From Eubacteriales bacterium (lineage in GTDB: Bacteria > Bacillota > Clostridia > Oscillospirales > CAG-272): a stretch of DNA of 64,000 nt. Position 1 is the first letter of the stretch. Each line of letters begins with the position of its first letter. A program made the translations under genes and the position numbers. This document shows positions 20,710 to 28,285 of this stretch, piece after piece. The notes under the pieces are model-generated. The model was not told the origin of the DNA and did no database searches. It worked only from the letters and a program-made list of their open reading frames with translations. The stretch lies in assembly GCA_048526005.1 (NCBI GenBank), contig DBFVEH010000003.1, positions 64,257 to 128,256 of the forward strand, written 5' to 3'.

Positions 20710-20738
20710 ATTATAGCACGTCTGCCGAAGCCTGTCAA
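20710..20738 (-). promoter_or_regulatory. Consensus SigA promoter of the pyr operon
   Basis: Minus strand: TTGACA (20738-20733), 17 bp, TGc-TATAAT (20715-20710). Confidence 0.65.
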
Positions 20739-20784
20739 TAGCGGCGTCAAAAATATTTTATCCTCTTTTCCCCTCTCCGCTTAC

Positions 20785-20932
20785 CGCCCGGTCCCCGTTC
20801 ACGGATCCCATCCGTGAACCGCGGGAGCGCTTCCAAAAAGCAGCGCCCGCTTTTATTCCCATCGACAGCAAGGTTCCGGCACCCGTGAAATCCCCGCTCC
20901 CGCGCAGCCGGCTGCGCCGGCGGGACCGGGCG
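20785..20932. other. GC-rich nested-helix element (structured RNA or REP-like DNA element), orientation unresolved
   Basis: Three perfect nested pairings: 20785-20795/20922-20932 (11 bp), 20797-20806/20810-20819 (10 bp) and 20820-20829/20895-20904 (10 bp), plus the palindrome GCGCAGCCGGCTGCGC at 20902-20917. Confidence 0.4.
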
Positions 20933-20965
20933 CACGCAAGCGAGCTGCCATCTTCCGGCTGCCTG

Positions 20966-20999
20966 CAAAAAAGACGGGACATTCCACATGTCCCGTCTT
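20966..20999 (-). terminator. Terminator after the DUF3048 lipoprotein gene
   Basis: Minus strand: AAGACGGGACAT-gtgga-ATGTCCCGTCTT followed by TTTTG. Confidence 0.7.
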
Positions 21000-21011
21000 G
21001 AAATTTTTCCA

Positions 21012-22280
21012 TCAGCTCCAAAAAGTCGTACCGCCGTAAATGTAGTCGTTATCGAGATAACCGATATAGGTATTGCCGGTCGCGAGCTTCAGCTCACTTC
21101 CAAGCGGATCCGTCAGCGTGAGCGTATCGCCGTCGGAACGCCAAGTGATCTGAATGACCTTGCCGCCGTAGAAATAGTAGCCCGTACCGCTGCCACGCGT
21201 CTCGACAAGGGTCATATCCGGATCGCTGGAAATACCGCTTTTCACATTCTCGACATCCGTAAAGAGCGTGATCACATTGGTGAAAGAAAGCTGCTTGTTC
21301 GTCTCGGAATCCACATGAGCCGCGCCGTCCTGGAAGCGCAGATATTTATCCGTCGTCGCATCATAACGGAAGCTTACCTTTTTTCCGGCAAGAGAAACGC
21401 CCTGACAGGTAAATTCCAAATTGATCGTCGTCGCACTGGAAGCGCCCGCCATCGATTTCGTCGTGCCGTAATCGACAAATTTGAGGCTCTGCTTGGGCGT
21501 ACCTGTAGTGGTACCACCGGCCTTTACAAAATATGCGGATTTGGAATTGAGAAGCGCCGTCAGTGCCGCCGGCTTGAACAGCGTATCATATTTGAGCTCG
21601 GGCAGACGCTCCTCATAGTGAGTGATCGTCCCATATTTGTTGCCGGCCTCAACGGTGGCAAACCAATATTCCTGCTGCGTATCGATAAAGCCCCAGCGGC
21701 TGCCAAGTCTGTCTGCCGCCATCTGATAGAAATCATAATGCACGGTCTTGGACCCACCATGGCACATGAGCACCGCGTTTTGATATGCCGCAAGATCCAG
21801 ATGATAATCTCTTCCCGAACGGATATTGCAGACGCTGTCGACCGTCGTGTAGTCGGCGACCACCATCAAAAAACGGGTGATGCCGGGCGCTACCAGCGCT
21901 TCATAAAGGATATCAGCCTGATCCAGTCCCGTCTGACGGGCATAGCTGCTCTTGATGTTGTCTACCACGATCGCCAGCGGCTTCGTATTGGAAAGATCCT
22001 TGGTTGTCGGGATCCCGGTGAGCGGATTTATGTAGCTTCCCTCAGGAGGAATGATCGGCGTCCCTCCGCTGGTTGTATCTTCAGACGAAGTATTCGTATC
22101 TCCCGTCGTTTCCGGCGGATTTTCTCCTTGTGTCGTAGCGGTCGTCTCCGCCGGAATCGTTCCGATCGGCGTCGAATCGCCTCCGCTTTCCCCTGCGCAT
22201 CCTGCGATCAAGGTGCAGAAAGCAACCGTCAGGAGAATCGTCAAAAAGGCAAACAGTGATCTTTTGATTTCTTTTTTCAT
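21012..22280 (-). CDS. DUF3048 (YerB-like) lipoprotein
   Basis: ATG at 22280 after GGGAGG. Lipobox LIAGC. PLAIVVDN...ARQTGLDQADILYEALVAPGITRFLMV matches the DUF3048 core. Confidence 0.8.
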   Translation of the reverse strand: MKKEIKRSLFAFLTILLTVAFCTLIAGCAGESGGDSTPIGTIPAETTATTQGENPPETTGDTNTSSEDTTSGGTPIIPPEGSYINPLTGIPTTKDLSNTKPLAIVVDNIKSSYARQTGLDQADILYEALVAPGITRFLMVVADYTTVDSVCNIRSGRDYHLDLAAYQNAVLMCHGGSKTVHYDFYQMAADRLGSRWGFIDTQQEYWFATVEAGNKYGTITHYEERLPELKYDTLFKPAALTALLNSKSAYFVKAGGTTTGTPKQSLKFVDYGTTKSMAGASSATTINLEFTCQGVSLAGKKVSFRYDATTDKYLRFQDGAAHVDSETNKQLSFTNVITLFTDVENVKSGISSDPDMTLVETRGSGTGYYFYGGKVIQITWRSDGDTLTLTDPLGSELKLATGNTYIGYLDNDYIYGGTTFWS

Positions 22281-22455
22281 TTGAACCTCCCACACCGTTC
22301 CGCAGAACGGCAAATCTTTACAAAAGCCTCGGCTTTACACGGCATACGGCGCAGACTGACACCGATCTCGCGGCCGCCGCTTGTCATATGCTTATACTAC
22401 CACAAATATGCACGATTGTCAAATATATTTTATTTTTATTTCTCGCCATAAGTTC

Positions 22456-22956
22456 CTATTTTTCGCCGTTTTCCGAGACGGCGCCGGGAGTTTTCCGACG
22501 GCGCAATTCGCTGAAAAAATCCGAAAGAAGCGACGAGCACTCGTTTTCCAAAATACCGGCAAACACCGCCGGCCTATGATTCAAGCCAAAGGAGTTCATG
22601 TCGAAGCATGTCCCAAAAGCGCCGGCTTTTTTATCGCATGCACCGAAATAGACCGCTTCCACACGGGAATTGATGACAGCACCGGCACACATCGGACACG
22701 GTTCAAGCGTGACATACAGCTCACAGCGCGGAAGCCGCCAGCCGCCGAGCTTTTTACATGCCCTGTCTATCGCCTTGAGCTCCGCATGATAAAGCGCATT
22801 TTTCCCCGTTTCGCGCGTATTGTACGCCCTCGCGATGATGATGCCGTCGCGGACCACCACCGCTCCTACGGGCACCTCTCCCCTGTCGGCAGCACGGCGT
22901 GCCTGATGGAGTGCCTCGAGCATGTATACTTCCGCATTCGGATTTCTTCCGATCAT
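22456..22956 (-). CDS. tadA: tRNA adenosine(34) deaminase
   Basis: ATG at 22956 after GGAGGGG. HAELKAI and TLEPCPMCAGA zinc motifs. ATGA overlap with the upstream gene. Confidence 0.88.
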   Translation of the reverse strand: MIGRNPNAEVYMLEALHQARRAADRGEVPVGAVVVRDGIIIARAYNTRETGKNALYHAELKAIDRACKKLGGWRLPRCELYVTLEPCPMCAGAVINSRVEAVYFGACDKKAGAFGTCFDMNSFGLNHRPAVFAGILENECSSLLSDFFSELRRRKTPGAVSENGEK

Positions 22957-23831
22957 TCCAATCCCCTCCAAAAAATCTGTATGAGCGCCGCAGTTATTAG
23001 AAACACAACATAAGGAAAGCTCCAAAAATAAGCGGAGGGAACCGCCTGTTCATCGTCTTCGCCCGATATCGTTCCAAGCGTCGTTTTCAGCATCGGCAGA
23101 CCCGCGGCAATCATCAGGACACAAGCGGCAAAAACAATCCGCATAAACGTCGGATAATACGAAGCGAACAGCGTCCGCGCGATTTCCGCAGCATACCAAA
23201 CCGCATTGCAGAACAGATGGACGAAAATCGCACAGCCGAGCGAACCCGTCGAAAGATATGCGATCCCGAGGATCAATCCGCAGAAAAACGCGATCGGGAA
23301 CCGCTCGATCGAAAAGTGCATCAACGCAAAGGAAAGCGCGGAAAGCATAAGCGCCAACAGCTTTCTGTGAACCGTCAAAGCGCGCATCACGGTGCCTCGG
23401 AAAAACAATTCCTCGAGCACCGCCGGCAAAACGACATATGCGGCAAGCATCAAAGCGTAGCCAAGCGGCGCGGTAGCGGCGGAAACGCCCATATCCACGA
23501 TAGCAGACGGAAAAACCGCGCTGTATAAAATCTGGATAAGAACGATAACGCCCACAGATGACACACAGATGAGAAAGCTCTTTGAGCCCCGTGCTCCGGG
23601 ACAAAGCCGCGGCATCGGGATTTCGAGCTTTGCGGCGCTCAGACGGACAAATAGGACTGGCAGACCGAAAGTCGGAAGCTTCAGTAACAAAGCAGCAAGC
23701 AAATAGAGATTTTCCGACTCGAGCTCCGCATAATTCAGACAAAGGGCGCAAAGCCAAACCAAAGCCATAGAAAAAAGCAGCGAAAAGCCGAGGATTTCAG
23801 ACATCCGCTTTGACTGTCTATTCTTATCCAT
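22953..23831 (-). CDS. CPBP family intramembrane glutamic endopeptidase (CAAX protease-like)
   Basis: ATG at 23831 after GGAGAGGAG. Multi-TM protein with LEELFFRG, FALMH and HLFCNA motifs. Confidence 0.8.
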   Translation of the reverse strand: MDKNRQSKRMSEILGFSLLFSMALVWLCALCLNYAELESENLYLLAALLLKLPTFGLPVLFVRLSAAKLEIPMPRLCPGARGSKSFLICVSSVGVIVLIQILYSAVFPSAIVDMGVSAATAPLGYALMLAAYVVLPAVLEELFFRGTVMRALTVHRKLLALMLSALSFALMHFSIERFPIAFFCGLILGIAYLSTGSLGCAIFVHLFCNAVWYAAEIARTLFASYYPTFMRIVFAACVLMIAAGLPMLKTTLGTISGEDDEQAVPSAYFWSFPYVVFLITAALIQIFWRGLE

Positions 23832-23970
23832 TCCCGCTCCTCTCCGCATGTCAAACCTGCCATGCCGTCCTAAAATAGCCATACCGTTATTATAATACAT
23901 CGCAGGAAAAAATTCAACAGGATAACAAAAAATACCGCGCCGTCGGCGCGGTATTCTTTTCTTATCATTT

Positions 23971-26247
23971 TCAGGCTTTCTTTCCAAGCGTCACATCGAT
24001 TTTCAGCGTCTCTCCGGATACAGGAGCAATCGGAGCATCCGCCGGCACCGTTTTTCCATTCACGGAAAGCGCCAACACATCGGATCCAGTCCCGTCGCCG
24101 TGATAGAAAATCTCATATGTGCAACCGCGGAACACCTTGGTGATCCCGCACTCACGCCACGACAGAGGCAGGCACGGGTCGATGCGAAGCCCCGCAAGCT
24201 CCGCATGGAGCCCGAACACGTATTCGATCACGCTTTTGAGCATCCACGAGCTGGACGCCGTGCGCCAGCTCTGTCCCGGTGTTCCGGCGCGGTAACCGGT
24301 CTCCGGCGCAAAATAGGAATTGAACATCGCGTAAGGCTCGCCGCATTTGACGCCATAGGTCGTATCAAACGGGAGCATCTTACGAAGCCCCTCCTCCACG
24401 CGGTCGGGACGGCGCAAAATGCTGTCCACCGCCAGCTTCCACGCGGACGGATGGAGATAGATGCCGCCGTTGTCCTGCACGCCGGGCGCCTTTTCCGCCA
24501 TAGAGCCGATATAGTCGCGCTGATAGGAGAAAGCAGGGTAAGCGAGTCGGATGCCGATCGGCGTTTCGAGGATCTCCTCGGCGCGCTCCATCGCCTCGGC
24601 GCCGCGCGGCAGTCCCGCGAGCACCGACCAAAGCTGCGAAATCAAGAATATCTTACCTTCGTCGCAGTCCGAGCCGCCCATGATGATGTCGTCGTCGGTG
24701 CGGGCATATAGATAATAGCCGCCCTTTTCGTCCCAGCCGTAGGTCTCGATGCGCTCCTCCATGATTCTGCCTCGCTCGTCGGCGGTCCTTGCATCGTCGT
24801 CTTTGCCAAGCCAGCGCGCGATCTCCGCAAACTGGCGGTTCGCACGGCACCACGCGATGGAAAGCCACACCGAAACGCCTTTTCCTTTTAATCCGGCGTA
24901 GTTGACGCAGTCGTTCCAGTCGCCGCCCCAAATGCGGACAAGTCCGTAAAGTCCCTGGAAATTGTATAGGAAATCGACCGAGCGCTTGATGTGCTCGTAA
25001 ACGGGGTATTCCTCCTCCGTATCGTTGAATTTCACCGTCTCATAGAGCAGCGAGGGATCGCCAAGCTCTCTTATGATGGTATTCACCGCAAACGTCATCC
25101 ACACGGTGTTGTCCGCGAAATTGCGGTCGCGGATCGCACCGTCGATGATGGTCCTCGGCGCGTAGCCGTTCTGATACTGATAGGAGAGCACGCGCTTGAT
25201 GCGCTTCCAAGCGAGCCTCGGATTCACCGCCGCGAGGCACTCCGTATCGCTCGTCATATCGCGGTAGCCGTTGTGGCGCACGCGCGCCCAGCGCGAGCCC
25301 ATATCCGCGGCGTATTTCATCCAGCCGTTGATGAGGTGATTGAAGCTCTCCCACGGCGTTTTGATTCTGACGCCGCCCAGCACTTCCTTGTACTTTTTCT
25401 CCATCGCGGAAAACTCCGTAGAGACGGCCGTCTCCGTCGGCGGGACAATCTCCGCCGTATCTAGCGCGACGCCGAGCACAAAATGCACGGTACGGCTCTC
25501 GCCCGGCGCGAGCGTCAGGGTGTTCTCCAGCGCAAGGCACAGCTTTTCCGAATTGCAGTCGCTTCCCGTGCAGCCGCCGTGCTTACAAAGTGCCGCGGGA
25601 TGCTGCTCATCCCCGTAAGGACCGATGAAAGCGTTACGTCTCGAATCAAAGCCTGTCGCCTTCTCGGAAGCGGTCATATATCCCCAAATGTGACGGTTGC
25701 GCTTCGAATAAAGCTCATGATAATCGTGCGCGTACACCGCGTTTTTGTCCGTCATGAAGCCGCCTGTGCCGAGATTGTAGCCCTGCGGACGGTAGGTGCC
25801 GTCCAGCTCCGTTTTCGCATAGGTGATAAGCTTGACGGCGCGGGGACGGTCGCCCGTATTGGTAAGCGTCACGCTCCAAATCTCCCGCCTGCCCTCATTG
25901 GGGACAAAGATGCGCACCGCGCTTTTGATTCCGTTATATGAAAGAGAAATGGTACTGAAGCCGCAGCCGTGCAGACAGGAATAATCCGTGTAGCCGTAAT
26001 CCAGCGGAAGCCCGAACAGGCTCCAAGTCCCGCCGTTTTCCGACACGAAGATATTCCGGTTCGATACAAGCAGAATCCTTCTTCCCATATCGTCCTGCGC
26101 AAGTCCCTCGCCGTAGCCGACCTGAGAGGTAAACGTCACATATTCGTCGTTGAACATGTAATTATACCAGTGACGCGGCGTTTCCGGCTCCGTCACGGTA
26201 AACGAATCGTCGGCGTTAAAATGTCCGTACCATTTGTAATCCTTCAT
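23971..26247 (-). CDS. Glycoside phosphorylase/hydrolase-like protein ((alpha/alpha)6 barrel, GH94/GH65-like); exact family uncertain
   Basis: About 758 aa, cytoplasmic (no signal peptide). The N-terminal PRHWYNYMFN pattern and overall size resemble cellobiose/chitobiose-phosphorylase-type enzymes. The ORF-track start is TTG; ATG at 26247 is preferred. Confidence 0.5.
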   Translation of the reverse strand: MKDYKWYGHFNADDSFTVTEPETPRHWYNYMFNDEYVTFTSQVGYGEGLAQDDMGRRILLVSNRNIFVSENGGTWSLFGLPLDYGYTDYSCLHGCGFSTISLSYNGIKSAVRIFVPNEGRREIWSVTLTNTGDRPRAVKLITYAKTELDGTYRPQGYNLGTGGFMTDKNAVYAHDYHELYSKRNRHIWGYMTASEKATGFDSRRNAFIGPYGDEQHPAALCKHGGCTGSDCNSEKLCLALENTLTLAPGESRTVHFVLGVALDTAEIVPPTETAVSTEFSAMEKKYKEVLGGVRIKTPWESFNHLINGWMKYAADMGSRWARVRHNGYRDMTSDTECLAAVNPRLAWKRIKRVLSYQYQNGYAPRTIIDGAIRDRNFADNTVWMTFAVNTIIRELGDPSLLYETVKFNDTEEEYPVYEHIKRSVDFLYNFQGLYGLVRIWGGDWNDCVNYAGLKGKGVSVWLSIAWCRANRQFAEIARWLGKDDDARTADERGRIMEERIETYGWDEKGGYYLYARTDDDIIMGGSDCDEGKIFLISQLWSVLAGLPRGAEAMERAEEILETPIGIRLAYPAFSYQRDYIGSMAEKAPGVQDNGGIYLHPSAWKLAVDSILRRPDRVEEGLRKMLPFDTTYGVKCGEPYAMFNSYFAPETGYRAGTPGQSWRTASSSWMLKSVIEYVFGLHAELAGLRIDPCLPLSWRECGITKVFRGCTYEIFYHGDGTGSDVLALSVNGKTVPADAPIAPVSGETLKIDVTLGKKA

Positions 26248-26280
26248 AAACAAACCAAACCTTTCCGAAGTATCTATATT

Positions 26281-27747
26281 TTAATAATTCCAGCGCGGTA
26301 AATAATTCTTCGGATCGGCCTTTACGTATGTACTCCCGTTCCACACGCGAATCTCAAAGTGCAGATGCGTGCCTGCCAGCGGATTTTCCGCTGTGGGCGC
26401 GGGAGATACGCGGCCTGTATTGCCGCTGTAACCGACGATATCGCCTTTTGACACCTTGTCGCCGACGGAGACGGTGCGGCTTTTCAGATGCGCATAATAG
26501 GAGCATGTCCCATTTTCGTGTTCGACGACGACATAGGTTCCGTAGGTCCAGCGCAGGTCGCTTGTGGACAGGTCGCCTTCGTTGTAAGCGTAAATGACGG
26601 TCCCGCTCATCACGGCGACGATCGGCGATCCGTACCAAACGCCGAAATCGATTCCGCCGTGATTGTTCGAGCCGCCGTAATCCTGCGTTACGCTGTAATC
26701 GTAGCCGCCGTGCGCCGCGTCGATATAAGGCATTCCGAAGCTTTCTTCTGTTTTTGTACCGATGATCATGATTTCATCCTGCGGCTCATGCACGGTACTC
26801 TGCACAAGCTCGCGGGAGGCTTCCTCCCCATGATAATAAGTGATCTTATAAATTTTCTCTGTATAACCGTCGATCCCAGCGATCTTTAATTTCTGCACGC
26901 CTTCCTCAAGAGTGGAATCGTATTCGTATTTCGTCGTATATTTGACAAAGCTGTTCTTTTCCGTGACGCTCGCTTCCGTATAGGCGGGCTTTGTTCCGAC
27001 GCGAATAAGCTGCGATACCGGCTCGGTCACTGTGCTCGATACGAGTTCTCTCGAAATTTCAACGCCTTTTTCATATGTAATCAGATATTCAACCAGCGTG
27101 CTGCCGTCCTTTCCCTCTCTGACGACAATTTGTTCGTCATCATAGGATGCGGGATCATATTCATATTCCGTCGTAAACGGCACTATATTCACGGTTGTCA
27201 CGACTTTCCCGTAAGTAAGCACCTCTTTCGTGCCGATGACCACGACCTCGTTTGTCGGCGAGAAAAGCGTGTCCTCTTCTCTTGCGACATCAATGATCTC
27301 GCCGTTTTTGTATGTCGTGACAACCGTGACCGACCTGCACCCGTCGACACCGGCAACACGGATGATCTGATCCCCCTCATAATATCGATCGGAATATTCA
27401 TATACCGTATCATAGGGGATAGCCTCAAGGAATTCGTTTGTTTCCGAATAGGCGGCTTCATGCGAAGGGTCGGCAGGATCCTCCGTCTCCTGAGGTGCCG
27501 TTTCGGACGGAGAGGTCGTCTCCCCGGAACCTGGATTTTTCCTTGTCGTCTCGACTCCCGCAGGAGAAGAGGTCTGCACCGCGGAATAATCGGTATCCTC
27601 GGAAAATGCGGTCATTTGCGTGTCCACAGGATCCGGCATATCGGAACATGAGGTCAAATAAAGTGCGGCCGCCACCGCGAGGAAAGACATGAGGATAATT
27701 TTCCGTCTGTGCCGTTTAGGGTTGGATGTGCTGCTATCGTTTTTCAT
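26281..27747 (-). CDS. Secreted lipoprotein with three G5 domains and a C-terminal M23 metallopeptidase
   Basis: Lipobox LTSC. Three repeats ending ...(I/V)GTK (G5 pattern). HGGIDF and HLHFEI M23 zinc motifs. Confidence 0.85.
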   Translation of the reverse strand: MKNDSSTSNPKRHRRKIILMSFLAVAAALYLTSCSDMPDPVDTQMTAFSEDTDYSAVQTSSPAGVETTRKNPGSGETTSPSETAPQETEDPADPSHEAAYSETNEFLEAIPYDTVYEYSDRYYEGDQIIRVAGVDGCRSVTVVTTYKNGEIIDVAREEDTLFSPTNEVVVIGTKEVLTYGKVVTTVNIVPFTTEYEYDPASYDDEQIVVREGKDGSTLVEYLITYEKGVEISRELVSSTVTEPVSQLIRVGTKPAYTEASVTEKNSFVKYTTKYEYDSTLEEGVQKLKIAGIDGYTEKIYKITYYHGEEASRELVQSTVHEPQDEIMIIGTKTEESFGMPYIDAAHGGYDYSVTQDYGGSNNHGGIDFGVWYGSPIVAVMSGTVIYAYNEGDLSTSDLRWTYGTYVVVEHENGTCSYYAHLKSRTVSVGDKVSKGDIVGYSGNTGRVSPAPTAENPLAGTHLHFEIRVWNGSTYVKADPKNYLPRWNY

Positions 27748-27779
27748 GGGGAAGCTCTCCTTCTCTGATATCTGAAACC

Positions 27780-27808
27780 ATTATAAGCTTTCCAAATATA
27801 TCAATCAA
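27780..27808 (-). promoter_or_regulatory. SigA-type promoter of the G5-M23 peptidase gene
   Basis: Minus strand: TTGATT (27808-27803), 17 bp, TATAAT (27785-27780). Confidence 0.5.
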
Positions 27809-27970
27809 GGTGAAATGATTCCCTTGTAAGGAGAGTTCTTCCAAAGTGCAGCATTTGACGCAAAAGGCTTCACAAATCGGAATCAGCGGAAGAAATATTA
27901 TTTTTCGTTTCTATAAAACCGTTTTCCGAAATCAGGAAAAATACAGCTAACATAAATGCTTCGCATTCAT

Positions 27971-28156
27971 GGGGTACACAACCAAAACGCCAAGCAATCT
28001 ATACCCTTTTAGGGTTTCACTGTATTTCCAGTCTATCTAACGCAAGCGAAAATCGCTTGCGGGGTACACAGCTAAAATTCCAAGCGATCTATACCCTTTT
28101 AGAGTTTTACTGTATTCCCAATCTATCTAACGCAAGCGAAAATCGCTTGCGGGGTA
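27971..28156. repeat. Tandem direct repeat, 2 x 90 bp plus the first 6 bp of a third unit
   Basis: Units 27971-28060 and 28061-28150 differ at 9 of 90 positions. Each ends in the hairpin GCAAGCGA-aaa-TCGCTTGC, and GGGGTA restarts at 28151. Confidence 0.85.
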
Positions 28157-28243
28157 ATCATACCACATTTTGGGCAAAATTTCAACATGGAAATGAAAAG
28201 ATTTCCTCATTTTTTCCCATGCAGATCAAATGACATAAAAATA

Positions 28244-28276
28244 AAAACGATCCGGCAAATCGCCGGATCGTTTTTT
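28244..28276 (-). terminator. Terminator after the 1405-aa gene
   Basis: Minus strand: AAAAACGATCCGGCG-attt-GCCGGATCGTTTTT followed by ATTTTT. Confidence 0.7.
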
Positions 28277-28285
28277 AATTTAATA

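Noticed and set aside
20945-20965. The minus-strand sequence CAGGCAGCCGGAAGATGGCAGC resembles the SRP RNA domain IV core CAGGUCCGGAAGGAAGCAGC
   Set aside because: The spacing does not allow the GGAA tetraloop helix, no Alu-domain or closing helix could be traced, and the position directly after a terminator is implausible. Treated as coincidence.
27969-28040. 23-codon ORF (MGYTTKTPSNLYPFRVSLYFQSI) inside the first 90-bp repeat unit, with a start-less twin in unit 2
   Set aside because: No RBS, and the second copy lacks a start codon. Five of the seven altered codons are non-synonymous, with no sign of purifying selection.
27971-28156. Possible CRISPR array or riboswitch pair
   Set aside because: The units are contiguous with no spacers, and no cas genes are present. 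No known riboswitch core motif (c-di-AMP/ydaO, glycine, c-di-GMP) could be recognised, and the repeat lies upstream of the promoter rather than in a leader.
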